Source of the DNA: Dehalococcoidia bacterium
GTDB taxonomy: Bacteria; Chloroflexota; Dehalococcoidia; Lucifugimonadales; Australimonadaceae
Length of the DNA: 64,000 bases
Direction of reading: 5' to 3'
Assembly (NCBI GenBank): GCA_965200975.1
Contig: OZ241740.1
Coordinates: forward strand, 1,346,636-1,410,635
This document shows, piece after piece, positions 44,187 to 53,707 of the stretch. Numbering within the stretch: the first letter of the stretch is position 1; each line of letters opens with the position of its first letter. The position numbers were made by a program, and so were the translations under genes. The notes under the pieces were generated by a model, which worked only from the letters and a program-made list of their open reading frames with translations, was not told where the DNA came from and did not search any database.

Positions 44187-45299
44187 CTAGAACCCGTACA
44201 CCGCCCGAGGGTTCGCGTCGAGGATCTTGTCCACCACGCGCGGCTCGACGGAGCCCTGCTCCTTGAAGATGCGCATCGCTTCGATCTCCGACGACTGATC
44301 GGTGTGGCCGTAGTCGGTGCCGATGAGCAGGTTGTCCTCGCCGGCGTACTGCACCAGATACGCGATGTCGTCGTCCGTCTGGCAGGTAACCCACACCCGG
44401 TTCTCCGCGAAGAGGTCGTCCGGCGCGGCGCGGCCCTTCCTGCCGGGGTAGCGCCGCCCGAGGTCGTTCACGACGTACGGCGCCCACTGCGCCGCAGCCT
44501 CGACGAACGCGATGCGTAGTCCGGGGAACATCTCCGGCACTCCGGCCAGAATCCAGGCATGGCAAGCCGCCACCGAAAAGATGCGCATCGACGAGAACGG
44601 AGAGCCGCCGTCGCCGGTGTTCAGCAGCGACTCCATAGCCGGATTGCCGTTGCCTATGTGCACGGTGACGGCCATATCCAGCTTGCTCATCTCCTCGTAC
44701 AGAGGATAGTAGTAGGGGTCTTGCAGCACCCCCTCCTCTTCGATGCCGCGCATAAAAACGCCGTTTGCGCCGTGCTCCGCGGCCCAGCGCAGCTCCTTGA
44801 TCGACTCGTCCATCACCGACAACGGCAGCACTGCCGCCCAGCGCAGCCGGCCCTCCGACTGCGTCCAGATGTCGGCGAGCCAGCGGTTGTAGCCCCGGCT
44901 CAACGCCACACGCGTCTCGTCGCGCTCCGCAAGCTTCCGCAGGAAGATCGTTGGGTACAGCATCTGAAAGTCGATGCCCAACTCATCCATATGCCGGAGG
45001 CGCGCCCCTACGTCCTCCATATGCTTCGAGGCGTCGGGCGCGTCCACCTTGCGCCCGGACTTCGCCGAGGTCGCCGCCATATCCGGCGCTACCCTGTCCG
45101 GGTTCCATTCCTCCCGCTTGCCGACGGGTTGGCGCACCGTGCCCCGCAGCACGCCGTCGATCTCCCAATACCGAACGTCATTGCCTGCGTTGTTGGTTCG
45201 CGTAACGATCACAGGCCTCAGATGCCGGTCTGAGGGCGGGATGAAGTCCCACGTGCGCTCCGTCTCAACCACATGCGCGTCCGAGTCGATAACTGCCAT
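44187..45299 (-). CDS. amidohydrolase-2 family protein
   Basis: MAVIDSDAHVVE.., RLRHMDELGIDFQMLYPT, IGTDYGHTD. Paralog of 24936..25985. Confidence 0.75.
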   Translation of the reverse strand: MAVIDSDAHVVETERTWDFIPPSDRHLRPVIVTRTNNAGNDVRYWEIDGVLRGTVRQPVGKREEWNPDRVAPDMAATSAKSGRKVDAPDASKHMEDVGARLRHMDELGIDFQMLYPTIFLRKLAERDETRVALSRGYNRWLADIWTQSEGRLRWAAVLPLSVMDESIKELRWAAEHGANGVFMRGIEEEGVLQDPYYYPLYEEMSKLDMAVTVHIGNGNPAMESLLNTGDGGSPFSSMRIFSVAACHAWILAGVPEMFPGLRIAFVEAAAQWAPYVVNDLGRRYPGRKGRAAPDDLFAENRVWVTCQTDDDIAYLVQYAGEDNLLIGTDYGHTDQSSEIEAMRIFKEQGSVEPRVVDKILDANPRAVYGF

Positions 45300-45432
45300 G
45301 ACGGATTCCCCTTTCGCTCCGTTGCCGTCCAGCCTTCAGACGCCCGCACCTTACCACAGGCCTGCGGAGCGTTACGCGCGGCTGTAGCGGAGGATGCGCG
45401 AGTTTAGCCCTCCAGCTGCGAGCGCCGGCGCG

Positions 45433-46407
45433 CTACAGCAAGAACGCGGTTTGATGCTCGGGTTGAGCCGGCGCAGCGGCAAGCGCCTGCTCAAAACTCT
45501 CGGGGGTCTCGGGGTCAGGCCACAGGCAGGCCCCCTTGCGGATGAGAGCCTCGAACGCTTTACCTTCTCCGCATCGGACGTACACCGGCGCGAGGTTCAA
45601 CTTATCGAGTTGCTCGACTGCGCCGGCCCACGTTCCTCCCTGCTGATAGTCGGAGTTCACAATGAGCGCCGCATCCGCCATCGCGTAGATCATCTTGTTC
45701 CGCTGCATCGCATTGCCCACGTTGAAACCGGCAGCGGGAGCATACGGAGAGACCAGCGTCAAGTGTCCGTCAATGAGGGCGCTCCGATGCTCCCCGCGAA
45801 GCGCCGCGCCTTGCAAGTCGTTGCTCAGGACGCCTACGACGGCGCCGTCCGCCTCCAGTGCTCCCCGCATGGCTGCCTGGTCTACGCCTCGCGCCCCTCC
45901 GGAGATGAGCGCGCGTCCTGCGCGCGCCGTGAGTTTGCCGATACGCTCTGCGTAATCGAGGACGTCCTCATCCGTGCGCCGGGATCCGACTACCGCCAGC
46001 CCTCCCTGACGCAGCAGCGAATGGTCGCCGCATCCGAAGAGGATGGGGGGCGCATCCTTCCCAAGCCGCTTGAGTCGGGGAGGGTAGTCATCGTCGGCAG
46101 CGCCGACCACCCATATCGCCCGGCTGCGCCAATGCTCCAGCGCCTGACTCAGCAGGAAGCCGCGCGACAGCAGCAGCCGGAGCCTATCAGCGTCGAGAGG
46201 CAGCCTCTCGTGCGTGAGCGCATCTTCAGCGCCCTTGGCGAGCAGATCGGCGAGCGACCAGCCGTTTTCGCTAAGGAATCCGGTAAAGCGACGGTGCTCG
46301 CTCGGCTGGAGCGGCTCCGGCGCGCCATCCTGCCGCCTCGTCAGGAGGGGCGCTATGAGAAGAAGAGCCGCCTGCGTATCGGCTGAGATGTCGTCTCTGA
46401 GCGTCAT
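45433..46407 (-). CDS. DprA/Smf-like (SLOG Rossmann) protein, PsyrA/RqlI-like candidate
   Basis: ATG 46407 overlaps the helicase TGA (ATGA). YPPRLKRL..., [85 protein letters not shown]. Confidence 0.7.
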   Translation of the reverse strand: MTLRDDISADTQAALLLIAPLLTRRQDGAPEPLQPSEHRRFTGFLSENGWSLADLLAKGAEDALTHERLPLDADRLRLLLSRGFLLSQALEHWRSRAIWVVGAADDDYPPRLKRLGKDAPPILFGCGDHSLLRQGGLAVVGSRRTDEDVLDYAERIGKLTARAGRALISGGARGVDQAAMRGALEADGAVVGVLSNDLQGAALRGEHRSALIDGHLTLVSPYAPAAGFNVGNAMQRNKMIYAMADAALIVNSDYQQGGTWAGAVEQLDKLNLAPVYVRCGEGKAFEALIRKGACLWPDPETPESFEQALAAAPAQPEHQTAFLL

Positions 46408-48524
46408 TCGCTGCGTCCTGCCCGGCTGAGAGAGAGCGGGAAGACGTCGCCGCTTCCGTGAAAGCGGAGCAAGTAGGCGGCCGCCGTCATAGTCCAACGG
46501 GAGTCCACGATGTCGTCAACCAGAAGCGCCGGGCCGGGCGGCGGGTTAGCGCCAATCTCCAGCGACTGGCCGACGTTCCATGCCTGGTGGGCGCTGTTCT
46601 CCATATCCTTCTGCTTCTGATGGATCCCGCTTCGCTCCAGCACGCAATGGCAGGGCAATCCTAGCGCCTCCGCAAGCCGCTGCGCGAACTCCCGCACGAG
46701 TTCCGGGCGGCGGATAGACGGGATCGGGACTACCCAGGCCGGCGCAGGCGACGGGGCCCATTCCCGCACCAGGCGTACGCAAGCGTCCACCAGCTCATCC
46801 GAAAAGCGCTCGTACTGGTATTTTCCAGCAAGCACGAGCTCGCCCCATCCGGCGTCTCCCCACGCGCAGAGCGCCCTGCCCGGAGCAGCCGCCAGATGAG
46901 GGGGAATCCTTCCGGACATTCCGCCAGCGCCGTCTGCCGCGCGCCTGCTCAAGCCGCCGGGAGTATCCGCAAGCATACTCGCCAGCCCGGGGGGCCACTC
47001 TTTGCGCGGTTCAATAGTGATGGCGGAGCGACGCAGGAAGGCTGCCGCCTCTCGCGCCAGGCCGTCGCCGACGGTAGCCGGCAAAGGCTGAAACGTGGGC
47101 GGAGTCGCCTGCCCGGGGTCGCCGTCCAAAGCGCGGATAAGGAACTCCATATGACCTGACTCCAGTCCTACGTACTCCTGCATCTGCTCGAGTTCCGCCT
47201 TTCGGAGCGTAGTCAGGCGGCCCACGCGCTCCCAAAAGTCTTCGCTTAGCCTGGCCGCGGTCAGCCGCCATTTGGAGCCTTCGTGCACGACTGGCGCGGG
47301 CGACTCAAGCGCCAGCAGCTGTAGAGCTTTCTTCACACGCCCCTGGCGAATGTTTACTCGACGCATCGCTTCCGGCACAGAGAGACCGCGGGGAGCCTGC
47401 TCCAGCGCAGCGGTCAGCTGCTCCACCTCCGCGCGAGTCGGGAAGGCCGTCTCGATGAAGTAGTTGCTGATGTCCTGTTCTTCAGGCCCGCTCAACAGGA
47501 CGCCATATGCTCTGTCCAGCGCTCGACCGGCTCGCCCCACCTGCTGGTAGTAGTGAATCACCGAACCCGGCGCCTGGTAATGGAACACGAACGCGAGGTC
47601 AGGCTTGTCGAAGCCCATCCCCAGCGCAGTCGTTGCGACGAGCGCCTTGACCTGGTTGTTCAGGAGCGCTTCTTCCAGCTCCGGCCTGCGGTTGCCGCTC
47701 TCGCCGGTGTACGCCTCGACCTCGAACCCTTTGAAACGCAGCCAGTCTGCTACGCGCTCCGCATCCCGGACAGTGAGCGTGTAGATGATGCCGCTTCCGT
47801 CAATCTCTTCGAGACGCGAGGCCAGCCATGCGAGGCGCTCCGCCTGACTGGGAAGGCGAATAGTCTGCAACAGCAGCGACGGGCGGCCCAATTCGCCCCG
47901 GCGCACGCTGAAGCTCAGACCGGGCAGGCTCTTCAAGTCGTCCAGCACGCGGTCCGTAGCGGTGGCGGTCGTCGCCAGTATCCGCAGGTTGGGAGGCAAT
48001 AGACGAACGATGCGCTCGACCCGCCGGTAGTCCGGGCGGAAATCGTGCCCCCAGTCCGAGATGCAGTGCGCCTCGTCGATTACGAGCAGGCTGATCTTGC
48101 CGGCTGCGCCGGCGAGCGCCTCATCGTTGAAGCGCTGGTTCCCCAGCCGCTCCGGCGAGATAAGCAGGACGTCCAGCGCATCCGATCGTAAATCGTCTTC
48201 TATCGATTTCCAGTTATCGGAGTTGTCGGAGTTGATGGTTGCAGCGCGGATCCCCATTCTCTCCGCAGCGGCAATCTGGTTGCGCATCAGTGCGAGCAGC
48301 GGCGATATGAGGAGGGCAGGGCCGTAGCCCGCCTCGCGGAGCAGCCGGATGGCGATGAAGTAGATGTAACTCTTGCCCCATCCTGTCCTCTGAACGAGTA
48401 GCAGCGGCCCGTCTCCTTCCACTATGTGGCGGATGGCCTCTTCCTGGCCGTCCCGGAACTGCGCGTCGGGCAAACCTGTGCCGAGACGAAGAAGTTGCAA
48501 GGCGCGGGAATGGTTGTATTCCAT
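46404..48524 (-). CDS. RecQ-family SF2 helicase fused to a C-terminal ComF-type phosphoribosyltransferase-like domain, PsyrT/RqlH-like candidate
   Basis: TGWGKS (Walker A), [21 protein letters not shown] (RecQ-type motif II), [18 protein letters not shown]-terminal ..VVPIPS...[13 protein letters not shown] (PRPP-loop-like). Confidence 0.75.
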   Translation of the reverse strand: MEYNHSRALQLLRLGTGLPDAQFRDGQEEAIRHIVEGDGPLLLVQRTGWGKSYIYFIAIRLLREAGYGPALLISPLLALMRNQIAAAERMGIRAATINSDNSDNWKSIEDDLRSDALDVLLISPERLGNQRFNDEALAGAAGKISLLVIDEAHCISDWGHDFRPDYRRVERIVRLLPPNLRILATTATATDRVLDDLKSLPGLSFSVRRGELGRPSLLLQTIRLPSQAERLAWLASRLEEIDGSGIIYTLTVRDAERVADWLRFKGFEVEAYTGESGNRRPELEEALLNNQVKALVATTALGMGFDKPDLAFVFHYQAPGSVIHYYQQVGRAGRALDRAYGVLLSGPEEQDISNYFIETAFPTRAEVEQLTAALEQAPRGLSVPEAMRRVNIRQGRVKKALQLLALESPAPVVHEGSKWRLTAARLSEDFWERVGRLTTLRKAELEQMQEYVGLESGHMEFLIRALDGDPGQATPPTFQPLPATVGDGLAREAAAFLRRSAITIEPRKEWPPGLASMLADTPGGLSRRAADGAGGMSGRIPPHLAAAPGRALCAWGDAGWGELVLAGKYQYERFSDELVDACVRLVREWAPSPAPAWVVPIPSIRRPELVREFAQRLAEALGLPCHCVLERSGIHQKQKDMENSAHQAWNVGQSLEIGANPPPGPALLVDDIVDSRWTMTAAAYLLRFHGSGDVFPLSLSRAGRSE

Positions 48525-48743
48525 GGTGCTGCAGGGCCCTCTCTGGGTTGTTCGCAGTCGATGGAGCTACCGTAAAAGCCTCGCCGACGCCCGGACAAGG
48601 GGCTAATGTCATAGCGCAGGAGCGCGAATGAAAAGAAGGCGCGCGGCCCGGTGGGGCGGACGCCCGCAGCGCGCCGCTCGCAAAAGCGCAGGCAGCTGAA
48701 GAGTTTCGCGCGAGTGGTAGCATTGCCCGCGTGGAGGCCGGCT

Positions 48744-50408
48744 ATGTACAACGTGTCGCCTGATGAACTGCGCGGACTCGCCCGCATTGCAGGACTGCGC
48801 GTCCTCGACGAGGATATCGAACCGCTTACGCTCCAATTCAATGCGCTCACGGAAGGGCTCGCGACGCTCGACGAACATGACTTGCACGATGTCGCGCCCT
48901 TGCCGGCGCTGCAGCACCCGTCTCCCCCTGTCTCGGGCCCCCGTAGTCCTGAAGCCGCGCCGCCGGCGCCAAGCGCGGAGTCCGATGCGCCTCTGCCGTA
49001 CAAGTCGATTGCCGAACTGGCGGGCCTGCTCCGCGCCCGGGAAATCTCGTCCGCCGAGCTCACCGGGATGTACCTTGACCGAATCGAGCGCTTCGACAGC
49101 GAACTCAACTCGTACATCACCGTGACGACGGAGATCGCTCGCGAGCAGGCGCGCCGGGCCGATGCGGCGCTCGCGAACGGAGAAGACGCCGGGCCGCTCA
49201 TGGGCATCCCCCTCGCCCACAAGGATGAGTTCTGCACCGACGGCGTTCTCACCACGTGCGGCTCTCGGACGCTCGCCGAGTACGTCCCCGATTACGACGC
49301 CGCAGCCATCGAGCGGATGCACGCCGCCGGCGCCGTTATGCTCGGCAAGCTCAATATGACCGAATGGGCGTCCCCTCTCACCTGGGTTTTCCCGTACGGA
49401 CAGCCCCGTAATCCCTGGAGCCTGGAGCACGACGCCGGGGGATCGAGCACCGGGTCGGGCGTAGCCGTCGCCGCAGCGCTCTGCGCAGGCTCAATCGGCG
49501 AGGACACCGGAGGATCGATTAGACGACCCGCCTCCTGCAACAGCGTTGTTGGCCTGCGCCCCTCGCTCGGACGCGTCAGCGCCTACGGGATGTTCGCCAG
49601 CAATTGGAACCAGGACACCGTAGGCCCCCTTGCACGCTCCGTCGCCGACTGCGCGCTCCTGATGAACGCCGTCGCAGGCTACGACCCTCGCGACCCTGTC
49701 TCCGCCAACCTGCCAGTTCCCGACTACGCCGCCGCATTGACCGGCGACGCCGTTGGCCTTCGCGTAGGCGTAGTCCGGGAAGCGTTCGACGCGCCTCACC
49801 TTGACCCGCGAATCAAGCAGCTTGCGCTCGACGCCGTACGGACTCTCGAATCGCTCGGCGCCGCCGTCGCGGACGCTTCCATCCCGTTGATGACTCTCAG
49901 CGGACTCATCAACGGCGCCTTCGGGGCTCCTCGCGCCGCGCTCCACTGGCGCTACCTGAACGACGCTCCCGAACTCTACGACGTCGGCGTCCGGCGCAAC
50001 ACCATCCTGCCGGCCCTGCTTCCGGCGTCGACGTATCAGCGGGCTCTGCAGCTCCGCGCTCTGATGCGCGCGCAGACCCTCGAGGCCCTCGCCCGCTGCG
50101 ATGTGCTGCTGGCGCCGGCCTACGCCGGGTTCCCGCCGCTCATCGCGGCAGGCAAGAGCGACCCTCCCTCAAAAGAGGCGGCGGTCGAGCAGATGCGGCG
50201 CTACGGATTCCACACTCCCGCCAACTACACCGGCGCGCCCGCAATGTCCGTGCCCATGGGTTTCTCCGGCGACGGTTTGCCTATCGGTTTGCACATTATG
50301 GCGAAGCCGTTCGACGAGCTTGCAATCTTTCGCGCCGCCTACGCTTACGAGCAGGCCGCGCCGTGGCGGGCGATGCGTCCGCCCTTCGGCGACGGCGCGC
50401 CGCCGTAA
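48744..50408 (+). CDS. amidase-signature enzyme with N-terminal GatC-like domain
   Basis: ATG 48744 lies 6 nt after GGAGG. aa 1-50 SPDELRGLARIAGLRVLDEDIEPLTLQFNALTEGLATLDE.DL.DV.P are GatC-like. After a Pro-rich linker come GIPLAHKD, GGSSTGSG, GGSIRRPAS (AS family). Confidence 0.75.
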   Translation: MYNVSPDELRGLARIAGLRVLDEDIEPLTLQFNALTEGLATLDEHDLHDVAPLPALQHPSPPVSGPRSPEAAPPAPSAESDAPLPYKSIAELAGLLRAREISSAELTGMYLDRIERFDSELNSYITVTTEIAREQARRADAALANGEDAGPLMGIPLAHKDEFCTDGVLTTCGSRTLAEYVPDYDAAAIERMHAAGAVMLGKLNMTEWASPLTWVFPYGQPRNPWSLEHDAGGSSTGSGVAVAAALCAGSIGEDTGGSIRRPASCNSVVGLRPSLGRVSAYGMFASNWNQDTVGPLARSVADCALLMNAVAGYDPRDPVSANLPVPDYAAALTGDAVGLRVGVVREAFDAPHLDPRIKQLALDAVRTLESLGAAVADASIPLMTLSGLINGAFGAPRAALHWRYLNDAPELYDVGVRRNTILPALLPASTYQRALQLRALMRAQTLEALARCDVLLAPAYAGFPPLIAAGKSDPPSKEAAVEQMRRYGFHTPANYTGAPAMSVPMGFSGDGLPIGLHIMAKPFDELAIFRAAYAYEQAAPWRAMRPPFGDGAPP

Positions 50409-50430
50409 TCCCTATCCGCAAGGAGGAACC

Positions 50431-51459
50431 GTGAACGCTCCCTATGGAGTCATCGACGGCGACGGGCACGTCACCGAGACCGAAGAGCAGGTCCGCGCCT
50501 ATATGGAAGAGCCGCACCGCTCCCGCGGCGGCCAGATCCGCGCAGGCCACAACTACTGGGACATCAATATGCGCGGACGCCTCGGCTCCGTCGCCAAGGA
50601 CGCGCAGACATGGCTCGACGCTATGGATCAGGGCGGCATGGAGACCGCCGTCCTCTACCCGACGTCCATCGGCTTCACCGCCGCCCTCATCTGGGAGCCC
50701 GAAGTCGCCGCCGCCGTCTGCCGCGCCTACAACGACTTCCTCTGCGAAGAGTTTACGAGCGTCAGCCCGCGCCTCAAGAGCGTCGCGCTGCTCCCGCTGC
50801 AGGACATCGGCGCGGCGGTCAAAGAGCTGCGGCGCGCAGTAGTCGAGCGCGGCCACTCCGGAGCGATGCTCTCCGCCATCGGCGCTCATCCGCCCCTGGG
50901 ACGCAAGGAGTACTTCCCGCTCTACGAAGAAGCGCAGCGCCTCGACGTGATGCTCGCCGTCCACTCCTCAACCCAGGGCATCCACCATCTCGCCGCCGAC
51001 GACTACCAGCGCTTCATCGAGGTCAACACTTTCTGCTTCCCCGTCGGCCTCTTCCGGCACCTCGTAAGCATGACCTTCGCCGGCATTCCCGAACTCTTTC
51101 CCCATCTGCGCATCGGTTGGATGGAGGCCGGCTGCGGCTGGGTCCCGTACTGGCTGGAGCGGATGGACGAGAAGTGGCGCATTCGCGGCGAAGAAGAAGC
51201 CCCCAACCTGAAGCGCTCTCCCACCGAGTACATTCGCAACGGACAGTGGTTCTTCCACGCGGAGGCCGACGAGAAAATCATCCCCTACGTCGCCTCCGTC
51301 GTCGGGCCCGACAAGCTGTTCTTTGCGTCCGATTTCCCCCACTGGGACTCGGAGTACCCGCATAACGTTACGGAACTGCTCGAGCGCGAGGACTTGGGCG
51401 AAGAGCTGAAGCGCAACATCCTCCGCGAAAACGCCCTCCGCCTCTACGGCCTGGGGTAG
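50431..51459 (+). CDS. amidohydrolase-2 family protein
   Basis: GTG 50431 lies 4 nt after AGGAGG. VIDGDGHVTET.., FASDFPHWDS. Confidence 0.75.
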   Translation: MNAPYGVIDGDGHVTETEEQVRAYMEEPHRSRGGQIRAGHNYWDINMRGRLGSVAKDAQTWLDAMDQGGMETAVLYPTSIGFTAALIWEPEVAAAVCRAYNDFLCEEFTSVSPRLKSVALLPLQDIGAAVKELRRAVVERGHSGAMLSAIGAHPPLGRKEYFPLYEEAQRLDVMLAVHSSTQGIHHLAADDYQRFIEVNTFCFPVGLFRHLVSMTFAGIPELFPHLRIGWMEAGCGWVPYWLERMDEKWRIRGEEEAPNLKRSPTEYIRNGQWFFHAEADEKIIPYVASVVGPDKLFFASDFPHWDSEYPHNVTELLEREDLGEELKRNILRENALRLYGLG

Positions 51460-51513
51460 CCCCGTCTGCAAGATCCACGCGACCAACGCGCGACCAACAA
51501 TGGAGCCCCCGAT

Positions 51514-52239
51514 ATGATGGAGCCGCTGAACTGGCGCAAGCGCATCGGCCTGATCACCACAAGCGGACAGGTCGTCACCGAGCCGCGCTACTACCAGCTC
51601 GCCCCGCCCGGCGTCACCTTCCACACGTCGCGAATGCTCAATGCCGGCAGCGGGGTCGAGTCGCTTATCGAAATGGAGAAGAACGCTCCGCGAGCCGTCA
51701 GCGAGCTCGTAACCGCCGAAGTCGACGCTATTGCTTACTGCTGCACCGTGAGCGGCGCGCTGCGCGGCATCGACGAAGACCGCGCGTTCTGCCGCGATAT
51801 TCTCGACCGCACCGGGATCCCCGCAACCTCCACAATGCTCGCGTGCGTCGAGGCCCTCCAGCGGCTCGGCGCATCCCGCATCGTACTCACCAGCCCCTAC
51901 GTAGACAGCCACAACGAACACGAGGCTGCCTACCTGCGCGCCGCCGGAATCGATCCCGTGGCGATGCGCGGCATGGGCCTGACTTCGGGCAAGCAGTACA
52001 ACCGTGTGCCGCCGGACGAGATCCTCCGGTTCTCGGTCGAGGCCTGGGACGACTCCGCCGACGCTCTGTTCATCAGCTGCATGAATTACGACGCTATCGG
52101 CGCGGCAGAGGCTATCGAACAGACCATCGGCAAGCCCGTCGTCACCTCGCACACCGCCACGCTGTGGCGCGCCCTCGCGCTCGCCGGCGTCGCCGACCCC
52201 ATCCACGGGGCCGGCTGCCTCCTTGCCGAGCCACGTTAG
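51514..52239 (+). CDS. maleate cis-trans isomerase / arylmalonate decarboxylase family (Asp/Glu racemase superfamily)
   Basis: 241 aa with the two Cys-containing segments at the expected positions (AYCCTVSG and FISCMNY). Confidence 0.65.
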   Translation: MMEPLNWRKRIGLITTSGQVVTEPRYYQLAPPGVTFHTSRMLNAGSGVESLIEMEKNAPRAVSELVTAEVDAIAYCCTVSGALRGIDEDRAFCRDILDRTGIPATSTMLACVEALQRLGASRIVLTSPYVDSHNEHEAAYLRAAGIDPVAMRGMGLTSGKQYNRVPPDEILRFSVEAWDDSADALFISCMNYDAIGAAEAIEQTIGKPVVTSHTATLWRALALAGVADPIHGAGCLLAEPR

Positions 52240-52292
52240 GACGGAGGATTCGCAGCAAAACCAGCAGCAAAACCAGAGGAGGCGACAGGTCT

Positions 52293-52316
52293 ATGGTACG
52301 GTGCGGCTCGCCCTAA
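52293..52316 (+). other. candidate 7-codon leader mini-ORF (MVRCGSP*)
   Basis: ATG lies 10 nt after AGGAGG (52277-52282). Its stop TAA (52314-52316) lies inside the left arm of the 20-bp hairpin. Preceded by the tandem 12-mer CAGCAAAACCAG x2 (52253-52276). Confidence 0.25.
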
Positions 52317-52352
52317 CCGCCTGCGGCGCTGGCGCAGGCGGTTAGGGCGAGC
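52306..52352 (+). promoter_or_regulatory. 20-bp perfect inverted repeat (GCTCGCCCTAACCGCCTGCG / 7-nt loop / CGCAGGCGGTTAGGGCGAGC) in the leader of the MFS gene
   Basis: Read directly from the sequence. Lies 38 nt upstream of ATG 52390, with no U tract. Confidence 0.6.
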
Positions 52353-52389
52353 GAACTGGCCCTTCGGAGAGGCATTCCGCCACAGAACT

Positions 52390-53658
52390 ATGGCGAGTCG
52401 ATTCAGCGCGCTGCGACATCGGGACTTCCGGCTCTACTGGGTCGGTTTCGTCATTTCCGTCTCCGGACAGCAGATGCAGTGGATGATCGAGGGATGGCTC
52501 ATCTACCAGCTCTCCGGCTCGAAGTGGCTGCTTGGCGTCAACGGGATCGCTCAGCTCATCCCCTCGACAGCGCTCACTCTGTTCGGCGGCGCGCTCGCCG
52601 ACAAGTTCGACCAGCGAAAGCTGCTCATCGCGGTCCAGCTGCTGTTCATACTCGTGCTCGGCGTCCTCTCCGCAATGGGCATCCTCGGAATTCTCACTGC
52701 GTGGCACGTCATCGCCGGCGGATTCGTCCTTTCCGCTATCGGCGCATTCGAAGGCCCCGCGCGACAGGCAATGTTCCCGCACCTCGTCCCGCGGGAGATA
52801 CTGCCCAGCGCGGTCGCGCTGAACGCGACGATCCACCCCAGCACCCGCGTGCTCGCCCCTGTGGCCGGCGGGCTCGTAAGCGCCTTCGTCTTCGACGCCG
52901 CAGGCTCCGCGAGCGTGGCGGGCGGAGTCATCTTTGCGCTCGCCGCCGTGGCGGTGGCCGTCTACGCGGTAATGCTCCAGCGCGTGAGGCTGCCCGCCAT
53001 CACCCGGGCGCGCGGGCGCAGCGTGCTAAGCGACATGGCCGCGGGCGTGAAGTACATCTGGCGCGAGCGCATCTTCAGCTTCCTCATCGGCATCGCCTAC
53101 TTCAATATGGTCTTCGGCTACTCGATGTCCGTCCTGTTCCCCGTATTCGCGGAAGACATCCTCCGCGTCGGCCCTGAAGGACTCGGCCTTATGTGGGGCG
53201 CCATGGGCATCGGCAGCGTAACCGGCGTGATCATCGCGTCGAGCTTCACCCGCCCCTTCCAACAGCGCGCGCTGCTCGTCGGCGGAACAGCCGTAATGGG
53301 CACCTTTATGCTCGCGTTCGCCCTCTCGACTTCCTACTGGCTCTCGCTCGCGCTCCTGTTCATCATCGGCACGGGCGCCTCGGTCTACAACGTCGCCGTC
53401 CAGACCAACCTGCAGATGCTCGTCGCCAACGAGCTACGCGGACGCGTCATGGGCATCTGGAGCATGGTGCATACGAGCATCCGCCCCATGGGAGAGGTGC
53501 AATTCAGCGCGATCGCCGCGCTGCTGTCCGCGCCGATCGCCTTCCTTGTCAACGGCGCGCTCATCGTCGCATTCGCGCTCGCCTTCGCCGCTCCTCACCG
53601 CCAGATGCGCCGCCTCCGCGACCTTCGCGAGGGCGCCCTCTCCCCGAAAGAAGACTGA
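52390..53658 (+). CDS. MFS transporter
   Basis: 422 aa. ..FRLYWVGFVISVSGQQMQ.., GGALADKFDQRK. About 12 TM helices, same subfamily look as 18533..19831. Confidence 0.8.
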   Translation: MASRFSALRHRDFRLYWVGFVISVSGQQMQWMIEGWLIYQLSGSKWLLGVNGIAQLIPSTALTLFGGALADKFDQRKLLIAVQLLFILVLGVLSAMGILGILTAWHVIAGGFVLSAIGAFEGPARQAMFPHLVPREILPSAVALNATIHPSTRVLAPVAGGLVSAFVFDAAGSASVAGGVIFALAAVAVAVYAVMLQRVRLPAITRARGRSVLSDMAAGVKYIWRERIFSFLIGIAYFNMVFGYSMSVLFPVFAEDILRVGPEGLGLMWGAMGIGSVTGVIIASSFTRPFQQRALLVGGTAVMGTFMLAFALSTSYWLSLALLFIIGTGASVYNVAVQTNLQMLVANELRGRVMGIWSMVHTSIRPMGEVQFSAIAALLSAPIAFLVNGALIVAFALAFAAPHRQMRRLRDLREGALSPKED

Positions 53659-53707
53659 GCGCCGCCGCTCTGCTAAAGTAGCCCCAACACCGGATGGAGG
53701 AGCTCTG

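Noticed and set aside
45433-48524. Reading the DprA-like and RecQ-like genes as ordinary housekeeping competence/repair genes.
   Set aside because: The helicase carries a PRTase-like C-terminal fusion and lacks a visible RecQ Zn-binding Cys cluster. The two genes are ATGA-coupled and embedded among unrelated catabolic genes. The housekeeping interpretation remains the refutation scenario.
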